Positions 1 to 13,056 of a stretch of 64,000 nucleotides of DNA are shown piece by piece. Position 1 is the stretch's first letter. Every line of letters begins with the position of its first letter. Under the pieces are notes generated by a model, which searched no databases, had not been told where the DNA came from, and was given only the letters and a program-made list of their open reading frames with translations. The translations under genes were made by a program, and so were the position numbers. The DNA is from Setoptus koraiensis (lineage: Eukaryota; Animalia; Arthropoda): NCBI GenBank assembly GCA_048013815.1, contig CM106585.1:1054001-1118000 (forward strand), written 5' to 3'.

Positions 1-2455
1 AACAGAAATCTCTTGTCATGTTATTTTGTTTGCCTAGTGTGCCTGAACATGGTCATGCAGCGCAATTACTAGTATCCACTCTATCCATTCTCTTTTGCAG
101 AACAACAAATTAACAAGTTTCCCGTCAGACAAAATCTGTTAACCGGAAACCAATAAACCGTGCCCATACTATCAGCCTGCAGTATTGGTTTTCCAGAAAA
201 ACAAATGATGCATCATGAACAGATATTCGCAAAAACATATTCATTGACTATATGAATATTAATACAAACTGTGTCGATTTTAGCACCAAGGTGGCCTTCA
301 TTAGGAATACTTATTAGGCTAATGGTTCGGTAATATTGATGCACAGAGCGACTACTTTGCATTGTTGGAGATTTGTTCTAGTCTTCATCGTCGGCTTGGC
401 TGAGAGTTCGGAATCGATTATTGGGATAAAAAAAGTGCCGTAACGATCCGAAATTTCGATAGAACATTGTTGCATCGACATAGTGGTCGTCGAAATAAAT
501 GAATTGAAAAGCAAACCTATGGCAGTTCAAGAACGATGTCAGTTTAGTTATGGTCATCGCAAATATTGATGATCTGTTTGCATAATCTAAACAAAGTTCC
601 AGATGATTATTTAAACTTATAGAATGGGCTTCCAAATTGATTGCAGCCCATTACAAGCTGACACTGTCGATCGCTTGAACAAAGAATCCCAAGCAGTAGT
701 TTACCAAATGGTAAGATGAAGTTTCATACATGCTTGTCGATCCGCCGAGCAATCCGATAGTAAAGAAAGCTTTTAATGGCGAAGGAGCTTTGCAAATATC
801 AAAATAAAATATTACATACATGTACATTGATGTTGACATAAAAATGTCGGTCAAACAACGAAGACATGACTTAGCAAGATCATCCTATTGGTTGTAAATA
901 CATTCAATGTAGCGGTATTAATCAGATTGTGTGATACACCCCCGATAGCGAGATGTCATCAATGTGGCATCGACAACCGACAGGGCGTGGGGGTAGGAAA
1001 GAGGCTAGACGTTTCTCAGGCCCTGGTTGTTTGTGATGACATGAAAAATTTCACCTGCTACGCTGTTTGTGAGAAATAAGACAAAGGCGAGAAGTTTGCC
1101 AGGCATGTTAATAGCATCCGTTAGTATGAGGAATCCTGCGACTCAGCATTTATTACTGTACATTCATCTGCCAAACAACAGTTTATATTTGCAGTTATAA
1201 ACGCTCGGAATGTTTTGGAATACACACTACAGTCATTCAACTAAACTCAATGTGTTGGTAATCACGTTAAAATAAGCGAACTAATCTCTTTTTTTTCATT
1301 GTTTTTCTCTCTATTCATCTCTCCCTATCTCCCCTCTGGTGAAGAATTGGAGATGCACTTGCCAGTCTGCTACTATAATATAGTGGTATAACCTGGCTAC
1401 ATGCTACAAACTACAGGTACATACAACAAAAGGAGTGGAATTTTTCTTTCACTGAAGGCGACCATGTGGCTGTCTTCTAAACAGTAGCAATTAAAAGTTT
1501 GATATGTGTTGTTGCGCAAGAGAGAATGCAATAGAGGAACAACAACAACAGTAGTGGCAGCAACAACAAAAGCCATCACATCAACTTAATTGTGATTGTA
1601 TTTGTTACAACAACAGCACATAACATTGTTACTTATCGACTTATTCTTCTCTACAAGATGTTATCTCATAGGGATGGATGAGAGTGCTCTAACGGACAGT
1701 GAGTTGAATATAAAATGAGAGCGAAATTATATTCCACTGGTCACTCAATGGAAAAGAAAAATGCAGAAAACTTGATGAGATACAGAATAAATGGATTGGT
1801 CAGAATCGATGGCATAAAGATGAAGGAATGAATCATCATCATCATCACTCTCCACTAGTCAGAACAGAGAGAAGAATGAACAATCAGATTTATCATCGGC
1901 CGCGTTGACCATCAACAAGTATGCATTATTGTTATTACATGTGATGGCACGATATTCACACACAACGTTACATTGAATCTGTTTGTTAATGGGGTCAACC
2001 ATCATTATCATTACCATCCTCGTCCACGGCAATGCTTCTAGACTGATGAAGCTTTCATTTTGCTGCAATTCTTTCTAGGATAATACTTAAAGAATAGATT
2101 ATCATGTGAGCTTTCTTTCTCTCTCTCTCTCTCCTTCACTCCCTCACTCGCTGCATACTATGGAGTCCATAGATCTTTGGAAAGCCCCCGAAAAACGTCA
2201 TCGTCGCAACTCTCTCACAGCTTATGATAAAGCCCAACACAAACCACAATAGATTAATGATATTCAAGGCCTTTATCAAGTTTCAATACATGTGAGTTAA
2301 AGCACTCTCACAAAATCAATTAGGCCAACTTATGTGGAAAATAAAAAAAACCAATGCCAATTCTGAAGAGGATCTTCATTACATCACTGAATGATGCATA
2401 AGTTCTACTCATTCATCTCCTCAACAAGAAACAGATTGTACACCCATTTACTCAC

Positions 2456-4817
2456 CTTGTAGGCATATTTTGTGAGCGTATATGGTGAAGACTGGGAATT
2501 GTGACTTCTGTAAAGCTGTTGGATTCTTGTCTGCTGATTCTTGCAACATGACACAAAGTCCTGTCTCGAAGTTGATAGCTAAACATGACTGATTGTTGCG
2601 GCAGATATTCAAACAGTCAACAAGTTGCAATGTTCCAGGTTGCATTGTCATTGAGTCTGCTGGTGCTGATAAAACATATCCTGTGATTAATTCAAAGCTC
2701 ACGAATCCTCCTTGGGCTTGGCAGTCTGTAAATAGGAAAGAGGTCGACATGAGTAAGATTTAATCGAATTAGTTGATGAAAAGTAGGCAATATCAGGTTC
2801 GTAGTTGATCTTTCATGCAGGGACATTGGGGTTTAGGGTGAGGCACTGAATGTAGTCTAACTGTGACTACATAAAAATCAGACCGATATAATGTGGCGCA
2901 AGCTATAATTATTGATATCATGCAATCAATTCGTTATCGCATTATAAGACAAATAAACATATTACATAAGAGTAATGCAACGGCACCCAGAGCATCATTT
3001 ATCACGACGCATTCGTTAAAACAACGGGCCAAAACAATGTATATGGTCATGATATTGATTTTGGACAACAAAAGGTCATGATTCTCTATCGTAATGATAG
3101 CTAACCATCAACATGAATGCGGCTACAATTTGAAAACACACTCATGCAACATCACGAACGAATCTAATGGTTATAGGGTTTGATCCAAATCGATGTCATT
3201 AAGTCTATCCTGCTTGTTCAACGCTAATTGTTGTTACTATAGCTGCTGCAACTACAACAACCATCTATTACAGCATAGCTATCCCATTGTTGATCATCAT
3301 CTAGGTAATGATGATCTAATGATGTCCGAATGTAGAGACAAGCTATAATCAGACAGACAGGCAGACAAATACAGAAACAAACAAGCAAGCAAACAGGAGA
3401 GCCAATAAGTCTTGTTGTCAGCATGTTGCAAGGGTATAATATTCTAATTTGCCTACATTCAAATAGTTTTGTTGGTTTAAGACAATCTTGTAGCGGTATA
3501 ATTTTCTTCTGTGAATCATTAACCTCTAACATACGTTGGAACATAAGGTAAAAATAGCGTGTTCTTCTAGATTCATTATCGAACTGATGGGAGACATAAT
3601 AATGATGAAGTTACAGAGAGATTAATCACAGTTCATTGGTCTGGGATATGCACTTTTAACACACATTTGCGAGATTCAACGACCCAGGCCAAGAATGAAC
3701 TTCATGCAGACGTTATTCCGATTGCCCCGACAAAGAAACAGAGTCTAGTTGAATGAAATATAACTGAATGGAACGGAACCAAACACAATACGAACCGGAA
3801 CTCTAATTAACTACTCAGCTGCTAATTTAACTAAGACTAATTGTTATGTCCTCACTTGTTATTAAAACCGTCAGCCAGCCAGCCAGCAATCTACCCCTAT
3901 CCTCGTAATTCAATTCATTGAGGGTCGTCATTTGACTGTTGTTGTCGTTATTGTTGTTGTTGTTGTTGTTTTGCCAAAGAGAAGAGCGATGCCATCTCAG
4001 ATATGAATTCATTGCAACACAATCTTGTATCTACAAACTTGGCATAATGCAACTAAAATCACAACAGCAACAATTATAGTAACCAATTACAGTGAACGGA
4101 CCACACATGGTCTTTGAAGGGAGGGCTACTAAGCACGCTTGTATAAGGAAATATTTTCGAGATAAATGTTTTACAGCAACGACACATGCAATAGTCCACA
4201 AATATGTGTTCACCTTAAACAACAGGAACTGTATGGTGCTAATTTGCAACTGGCCGGTCATTTCAAATCACTAAATTCAGATAATAGCATCATAGATTTT
4301 ATCAATCGATGACCATCATCTATCTTGATTGAATTTGTAAGAAAGATAAGATATTCACAATTCAGCTGTCACTGTATTATCGAGTATAAGTATTTGGCAA
4401 ATTGTCAGTATCATATCTTTTAAATAATCTCTCTTGGTAGAGAACAGAGATATTTCAATCCCAACTACGCACACGCTGCGTTTTAAGTTGTGCGAGTTCA
4501 ACTACCTGTAGCTATAGCGGCTTAAGAGGCAGTGATGATGCTGTGCAAGGGAGATGCACCGCGGTCTCTGCGAATGGTTGCGATCATTAGCACCCTATAG
4601 TGAAGTTGATAGGCTCGAAATGAAGGCAACAGAGTCGTATTATACTGTAATAATAGAAAGGAAACACGCTATTGAACTAGAGGCACTCTTGAACAAACTG
4701 TGACCACCTGTAACGGCGCCAATCGCTACAAGCAAAGAATCTTTGCTAGCATAGACAGAATACTAATAGACATAGACCATAAATTGAAATGTTGAGATAT
4801 TGAGACAGATAGACGGC

Positions 4818-4855
<38 letters not shown>

Positions 4856-5426
4856 CTATGCTCTGTAGGCTTCCTACGGAGATTACATAATCGTCCAATG
4901 AACTTGGCCGGTTGCATGCATTTATCTTCGGCCTTTTGCCGTGATTTGATGCAGTGATTTTTTGCCGTTTGCAAGCCAACTAACTCCTCTGTGATTGTTC
5001 AGATTGTGAATGGATCGGAATTGGGAGCGTTTGAGGGACAGGTGACAACTTACCTTGTTCAATCGAGGTTTGCGGCGGCGATACCAACGAAGAGACGACG
5101 CTCGCTGGCACAGCACCCGGCACTTGAGGGACTCCATTTGCGATAGCTTGACCAAGAGGCATAGCCACCATCAATAGAGCTATTATGTAATATAATTTGT
5201 CGTTGCTGATATTGTACGGCTTGAGTCTCCATAAACTGGAAGTGATAATATTCACCGATGATAATCTATTTTTCATATTAGTGCTAGCTGATGTAAGATG
5301 CTTCTGGCTAGTTGCTCTGAGAGGGCTTCTTTGAGTCGTTGTGTTCATCTTGATTGATTTGTGTGAGCTCGGTGGGTTTGGGTGGGTTTGGTGGTCGTTG
5401 TGAACTCGCTGACGTTGATTTGTCAT
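2456..5426 (-). CDS. PAN/apple-domain secreted protein of the ZP cuticle family (neyo/trynity/nompA-like); 5' part only, coding exons 4985..5426 and 2456..2725
   Basis: The first exon encodes a signal-like hydrophobic stretch (LYYIIALLMVAMPLGQAIA) and ends at a phase-1 donor A|GTTAGT. The second exon has acceptor ttcctatttacag and donor G|GTGAGT, also phase 1. It encodes a typical PAN module (CLNICRNNQSCLAINFETGLCV...SQFPVFTIYAHKICL). Downstream exons were not found in 1-2450 and probably lie left of the window. Exact paralog not determined. Confidence 0.85.
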
Positions 5427-6255
5427 TGTTGTCGCTCTTAAATATTAGTATGATAAATAATTGAAGACTACGTTATATTAATGTGTGTGACAATATATGA
5501 TATTGACTGCAAAATTTTAGTTGTTGTACGATGTTCAGATTTATCTGGTGCTGTTGTTGCTGACTACTGCAAGGACATATATGACTATATCTGGTTGAAA
5601 ATGACAGATATATAAGAGTTAGATATCGCGTTGAGTTTGTTGCGTCTGAGCTGAATGCAACAAGCAATGACAAGCTGGGCGAGTTGTTAAATGACCGAGG
5701 TAAAATGAGCAATCACCCACAATTGCATATTTGCTTTGTTAATATATATACATATGGATTTATATATCTCTCTATATATATGTATATATATGTGTGTGTG
5801 TTTGTATGATACCTATACCACCATTTGCGGCCAATATAGTTGACTGTGTTATTACTAAATATGATTTTGCCGTTATATAACACACTAAACAACGCTACCG
5901 ACCACGTGGTCTTTCTCGTAGTTGTCCCTATTGGTTGGCTGGCCTGAGCTCAAGTACAAAAATAAAAGGTGGAGTTGAGCTCAAGATAGCGGTCAACATA
6001 ACGGTAAATATATATAAATAGCCTAGTGGCATTGAGAGGGGCACTGTTGTTGCGCACAAATGCCCTTGACATTGAAGTGCAGTTACAAGTTGCACAATGG
6101 CGCACGGGGGTGGAAATTTGCGGCTAGCTCACAACGACGGCCAGACCAAGTGAGTTCGCTAATGATGCAATGGTCATCATAATCATGAACATGTGTGCGT
6201 CAACCTTGACCATGAATATTTTTTTTTGTTTTTGTCTAGAGAGCGATGTCTTAGC

Positions 6256-6303
6256 GCTTACGCAATGACGCTTACGCAATGACGCTTACGCAATGACGCT
6301 TAC
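6256..6303. repeat. 14-bp tandem repeat (GCTTACGCAATGAC) x3.4
   Basis: Three identical units plus a partial unit read directly from the sequence. Confidence 0.95.
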
Positions 6304-6490
6304 AATTCAAGGTGAGGTTATGATAGAGACCGCCCAAAATGGGAGGGCCGTTGCGTTAACAGGCCGTGTTGCTGCAGTAGTTGTTATAAGAGTGTAGCCA
6401 ACAATATTATTATTGTACCGCAATATAACGGTATGTGATGTCGTTATGTTGTGCTGTTTATTTTTGTTATTTTTTCATCATTTCTCTATG

Positions 6491-6491
<1 letters not shown>

Positions 6492-6528
<37 letters not shown>
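6492..6528. repeat. (TG)n microsatellite
   Basis: Direct reading. Similar tracts occur near 12043-12088, 38472-38524 and 56276-56301 (CA). Confidence 0.95.
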
Positions 6529-6530
<2 letters not shown>

Positions 6531-6876
6531 TGTTGTTAGCAATGTCTGGCATGCTATGCAAACTAACAACAGCAGTAGTCATGTGTGCATAATGATATTA
6601 TTAATGACTATTATTATGTAACAAGCATCAGCGGCAACCTGTGAGATACAACAAGTTACAGCATGCGCAGGCCTAAGCGGCCTAAGTAGCCACCACAGGT
6701 GAGTGATTCTTGGGTAATAACTCGTTGTTCTCACCTGTTGGTATCTGTAATGCTAATGGTGGCACACATAAGCTTATATGAGCTGTAAGTGGGCGCTCTG
6801 CTGGCTTTGCGCCACCATTTAGAGCCGCTAAGATGGCATGATTGAAATCAGAACGCATCACAAGTCAGTTGTCGGC

Positions 6877-6943
6877 TGTCAGTCGTCAGTCGTCAGTCGT
6901 CAGTCGTCAGTAGTCAGTAGTCAGTGGTCAGTGGTCAGTTGTC
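6877..6943. repeat. 7-bp minisatellite (GTCAGTN)n
   Basis: About 9 tandem units of gtcagt(c/a/g/t); the last base changes in blocks along the array. Confidence 0.9.
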
Positions 6944-9900
6944 ATTGGGGGCAGCAAGATGCTCCTTGGAGTGGCCACGTGCGAAAAACTGGCAATACGA
7001 ACTATCATCTGATACAATATTGAGTCATGTTTGTTGGTGCCGAATGAAACTCATCAATTATTGATTTTCGGTCAACATTGATCAGTCATCAGTCAGCATG
7101 ATTCGTATATAGGATCTGGATTGATTTTGATTGGTTGGTATTTGACATAACATACAGTTATTATATTAGATACACAATATGAGTCTGTATGGCACTGGTC
7201 GAATTAAATATTCGTGCTATCCCTTTTCATGCTGTTGCTTTTGATGACTTTTTGGCCTCAATTCGTTACTTGTTTCCATGTGCATGCAACAGCCTAGTAG
7301 CTGATTACTATTATTGGTTGATTTGTTTGTTGTGGGCATGAGTTTTTTGGTCTCATCGGTTGTGTTGCAGACAGCGAAACAGGCAAAGATGAAGAATCGA
7401 AAAATCAATTGGTCGCCAATAGCAACTGTTGCGAAAAATGAACAAAATGAACAAAATGAACAAGATGAAGAATAGCAAGAAAAAGAGAAAAAAGAGCAAA
7501 AACAAGTTGCTAGTTAGGAGTAGTGTGAATCACACTGCTACAGACAGTTAATATAATTACATCATGATCCATTCTAAACGTATTATATTCCAAGTTTGCA
7601 GTTTGAATGAGCCATTCGGTTGATCACCTGTTATCGTTATCCGATGTGATTACGATCCAGGGGCTTCTTTGTTGTTGCAGGTGCTGTTGTTGCTGTTGCC
7701 GCTGTTGTTGTTGCCGCTGTTGTTGTTGTTGTTGCCGCTGTTGTTGCCGCTGTTGGCACAGCTGCCCACAAACAAATCGAACGGAACACAAGCGCAAATA
7801 CTGCAAAAGCAGCCATAATCAGCATCATATATCTATTACTCTTCAAACCTTCAAATCTTTGAATCATCGTCTTTGAATCATCATCGTGTGCGATCTAGTT
7901 ATTGCCACTGACCGACTGACTCACTCACTCACTGATCATCGTGTCGATGATGACCATCATGACGCAATATATATATACTGGTTACATCATAGTCAAGTGG
8001 TAATTAGTGTAACAATGTCTGTAGCAACGAAAGAGAATGAGACAAGAAGAGAGTGAGCACAAATCAAATTAAATCTCATTTCATTTCATCATTTTATACT
8101 CTAGTTTGTTACAACAATAACAACAATGATAGTAATAAAAGTTTCTCGACCATCTTGCCACTCTCAGCGCTGCATTACGCTTATTATTACTATTTTGGGA
8201 TTATTATTAGCACACTATACGGCATAACAGTGTATGACTGCTCTCTATATGCCACGCTATATAAAAATAAATGAAGAGAAAAGTTGGCTTTCTAATGAAT
8301 TTGTAGTGATCATCAGTAAGAAACAAATTCCATTATCTCTAAAACAGAGCCGATGATGACGTTGCTCTAGATTTGGATTACAAGAGAGTTAACTAGAGAG
8401 CGGCGTGTGTTAATTAATTCGGTCCTCACCTTCCTTGTCAGTGCTCTAAATTCGTCCACTGACCACCAAACCGACCGACAACCATCAACCGACAACCAAC
8501 AACCAACAAGCAGACCGTCTATTAATATTTTGGCGCACACTAGAGACACTCTGTTAGTATAAATATTAATATTAATAATATATAATAGTAGTAGAGAGTC
8601 TATTTTGGTGAACAACAACAGAGACAACAACCAAAACTGTTGACGTCCATTGTCCAGCTGCTGTCTGTAATCTACTTAGCCTGTGTCTGCCTGTTGACTG
8701 GCCACTGGTTGAGCATGACACTCGTGGGTAGTTGTTGTAAGATCGGTAGTTGAAACATCGGCACGAAGCAGTGAATTGAGGTGAGAGTTGTTGAAGCTGC
8801 TACATTGTTGTTGTTTATCAAGACGTCATAATCAGCAGACTAACAGTATTATAACAGTGCACGGTCATACAGTCAATGTCAGTGTTATAACACAATAAGT
8901 GTACACACATATAGATAATGATAATAATAATAATTGTAGGCGACTTTTGCAACAACAACAACATCACCAGTAGCCGACTTGAGTCTGTCAAAACGAGCAT
9001 TGTTCTGGCAACAGCAACAGCAACAACAACGACAACAACACGCTTTCTTTGGCTGCTTCCTCTGGCCTGAGCGAGCCAGAGGATCCCACTTGTGACCTAG
9101 ACCACGACTATGAAAGCAACTCGGTCATGGCGCACAACTGCTGCCACTGTTTACATACACCGACTCATGATAAAATTAAATTTAAATGAAAAAAAAAAAA
9201 ATAAAAATCATCATGCAAATCAAACTAGCAACTAAATGAATCAATAAGCTGCTTGTGCAACTAGAAATTATGTCAGTTAACACTGACTATGCAACTACAA
9301 ATTGATTTGTTTGATTGATTTATTATTAAACTCGTTCTATTGGAAATATTCATTATACGTTTTATTATTCATTTATTCCATTTAGCCAGCTAAGGCTGTG
9401 CGATCACTGCACAGCCTTCATTTAAGCCCAGTGCCAATTATCTGCGCCGTAATTTGCTGTAATTGATCTGTCCAAGTTCAAAGGTGAGCAACAACTCAAG
9501 TGGCTGCTTCTCAAGAGCTTCTCATCTCCATTTAGCATCAATCTATGAATGCATGTCCGTGCATGTAAATGAGTGTTGTTAGTTGCGATGCAAATATGCA
9601 TAATTGCACACTAACAATCACCATGAGGTCCCCCAAGGTTTAACTAGTGAACTAGTTAACTGCTGCAATTCGCTACCTGTTGCTGACTTAAGAATGCCAT
9701 TGCTCCATCTATTGCAAGTTGCAACATCAACAGGTAGCAAACGGTTAAATGTCGAGCTTATACTTACTAGTCGATGTCTAATGCTACTGCACTCGCCTAT
9801 TTCCGCTTGTTTGTATATTTCACATTTAGCTAGGATATTTATGTCAAGTGCAGTCAGGTGCTAACTAGATAAAAGCGGTAGTTGCTCTCTTTTGTGCATG

Positions 9901-12050
9901 TTCACACGATCTCACACTCACCTGTTCGTTGTTTTAGTGTTTGTGTGCGATATAAAAAAATATATTCAAATAGTTACATTTACAACAAGCGGACACACAC
10001 TGGCCTAGCCAAGCCAAATAATAGTGTGTACACTGACAACAACAGTTTGCCAGTTTCAGCTAGTTGGTTCCCATAGGAGAGAATACAAACAAAACAAAAT
10101 CACAACAACTTATGCCGTTAACCTGTTAATATGCCGTCTACCTGTATCGGATTGTATTTCGATGAACAGAAGGACGGACGGATGGATAATTAACAGTCTT
10201 TGCTAAAAATTTTAGTTTGCTGCATCATCGTGCTGCACAAAATACCTATTTGAATGTGGTAGCCGTAGCAGTAATAAAGTAAATAATTCTCTTTCGTTGT
10301 TTAATTGATGTGAAAATAGCGGAAACGAGTTGAAGTAAATGACAGAGGATGCAAATAAATGCAAATAAATAAAATGACGCTCTCTCTCTCTCTACAGACC
10401 ATCTATTACATAATACTAAATTGTGTACATGTATACTACTCAACAGCCATTACCGTTACCTCATGTACCCACTATTTACTACAATGTTACTGCTCTGGTG
10501 CTTGCACTAGAAACGATACGCGTCTTGGCGCATTCAAATACCAATCTCACGTATCATTGTCATCTGCAGTCGCTTATGTGTGAATGTGCGCAATTAGATT
10601 AGTGGTGGCGTTAAATCAGTTGATAAACGCAACAACGCTGTTATACAATGACGTTACACAATAACGGGTTATGCAACTGCCCTGAACCTAAATGAACGGT
10701 GTTGTAAAACACCGTTACACGACAACTTTACATGGGTCGCGTTCGAGTCACATCGCTCTCATTTCTCCTCTCTTGTTTCTTGTCGCATTTGCTTCGGTTT
10801 TACTTTGAATTTGCCTTGATTTAGTGTGTGTCTGTCGAATGGTGATTTTAGTTGTGCTCAAGTGACTACCTTCGCTCACTTGAGCACAAACAAGCGATTA
10901 AATCGACATGAAATGCTCTCATCAAGCGCCTGTCATTTGCTGTCATGTTCTAATTGAAGAGTTAAATGTCAGATGACAGATATTGAGTCAGCTGACATAA
11001 GTGTGAGCTAAATTTGGTGTGAGAAGAAAATAAGTAACGCAATAAAGCAACAAACAAAAGCAATGAGATTAATGAGTCACTATCACCATCATCATCATTG
11101 TCCTATAGCAGCCATAACAGTTTTACAGTGGGTCTCTCTAATCTTTTTAGCAGCAGTTGCACAACATCATGTTGCGTAACAAGTCATGTTGACATGATAA
11201 TGGTGCATGTATGCTGCATACCACTGACATACTGGCACACCGTTACAACTAGCATCATGATGATGATGATGATCGCTTGATAATGATGAGAACATTTTTC
11301 TGTTCTTGCTCAACATACTCGAGGTATAAAACTCCACTTATGATTATTATGATAATCACTGTGTTCAACAAAAACAGTGCAACCAAACGAACAGAGAATC
11401 TAGATCTAATTCGTAGTTCATAAAAGTCTGCTGCTGTGCCAGTCGTCGTGGTCGTCGCCGTCGCCAAGATGATAATGTGTACACGCGCTAGCCATTTGCA
11501 TATCATGTATATCATGTATCATGCGCTTCACCAGGTGAGACATTACATTACTTTACTGGACACATGCTGGTAACAAACATCATTACGCTAACTGCACTTT
11601 AGAAAGAAGCAGTGCATTACGTCATAGTGTCGCCTGTATCCTGTCACTGTTGGCGCTGTGATTCAGTGACGATGCCAATGACGATCACGATGACGATTAT
11701 GTGGTAATGAGCATATGGTCTGTCGAAAGTAGTAAATTAGGTTAAACAAGTGTGCGCCAGTTATGACTGACCTCATCCCGACACCAGCAACAACAACAAC
11801 AACAACGACAACAACGACAACAACAACAACAACAGCGACAACGACGACAACAACAACAGCATCAACATTGGTCGATGGTGATGATGTAATGCTTGTTTTG
11901 GTGCACGACAACAATCACCTGTCCTATATGTCACTGGTAGCAGTATCAATGGTAGTAGGTAATGTCTCATTTTGATCAACCTGTCAAACTGTGCGTAATA
12001 CAAGTAAAGTTATACTTGTGTACCTGATGTGTAACTGTCTCCAGTGTGTG

Positions 12051-12092
<42 letters not shown>

Positions 12093-12994
12093 ACAAGTGT
12101 GAATGTGAGATGTGTACCACTTATACTGTCAGACAGTTAGACAGATAAATCATGTTGCTACATGACTGGTCATCTACAAGTAGCTAGTGGTAGATTCCAT
12201 TATTTGTGCTAATCGCTAATCGTTGCGTCATGTGGCACCATGCTCACGGTCATCATCATCATGATTATCGTCATAATCATCATGGTCAGCTATTAGTATT
12301 AGCTGGGTATTATTATTATTATTACTACATGACCGATGGCTATAGTGTAATAATGGTGAATGAGTGTTTGTGTGTGATAACTATAACCTATCTCGTCACT
12401 GGAGCACTACTTACGTAATCCATCGGACATTAAATTATGCATAAAAAAGGCCATCATCAACATGTGGTCTGCGGCTAACTAATGGTTTACCATTGGCCAG
12501 TACCAGTAATACTAATAGTTTACTCCATATGCCTATCATTTATATGTATATACAAACAACTGCTGCTGTTGTTGGTTTTTTCTTACATCACAAACACTAC
12601 ACCATTGGACACTCCAAATTGTGTAAAGGCATAAACAACCGGAGATTAACAATATCTCAATCATCTACATATTGATTTCTTGATTCTCCAAATGAAACCA
12701 CTGTAGCAACCTGTAGTGACACAATTTGTGCGCCACAATAACAACAAACATAATGATGATAATAATAATAATAATAATAATCGTGGTAATGATTCTTTTT
12801 GGCTCTCCTAATCGCCATGTGACAAATGATCATTAGCTTGAAAAAAATTAAACATCTCTTAGAAGTAGTCATAATAGACTCTCAAGACTGCTCTGTATGC
12901 CCGATGACGATATGATCATCATTTTTGTTGTTTTTCACAATGCTTCTCTGTCCTTCAAACATCATTATTGCATCATGTTCCTGTTTAGACTTCA

Positions 12995-13056
12995 GACCTG
13001 ACAAGACCATAATCGGACCTGACCAGACCATAATCGGACCTGACGAGACCATAATC
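12995..13056. repeat. 21-bp tandem repeat GACCTGACNAGACCATAATCG x3
   Basis: Three units that differ at position 9 (a, c, g). Confidence 0.95.

Noticed and set aside
651-854. Minus-strand ORF containing AFFTIGLLGGSTSM, reminiscent of the CrcB/Fluc fluoride channel motif
   Set aside because: Lacks the TTFSxF core and the other helices, and the same DNA carries a better-bounded plus-strand exon candidate.
4927-4938. TTCGGCCTTTTG, similar to the U2 snRNA 5' stem
   Set aside because: Match of only about 12 nt; no branch-point recognition sequence (GTAGTA) or Sm site in register.
10695-10716. 9-bp hairpin with a GTAA loop (AACGGTGTT-GTAA-AACACCGTT)
   Set aside because: Isolated and too short to support an RNA gene or terminator call; an occasional one is expected by chance in 64 kb.
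7607-12003. Poly-Cys, poly-Gln, poly-Thr and poly-Val ORFs (for example 7607..7876, 11663..12003)
   Set aside because: Produced by (CAA/TTG)n microsatellites that are open in several frames at once; no splice or homology support.
12995-13056. Possible CRISPR-like array
   Set aside because: The units are directly adjacent with no unique spacers, there are no cas genes, and the context is eukaryotic.
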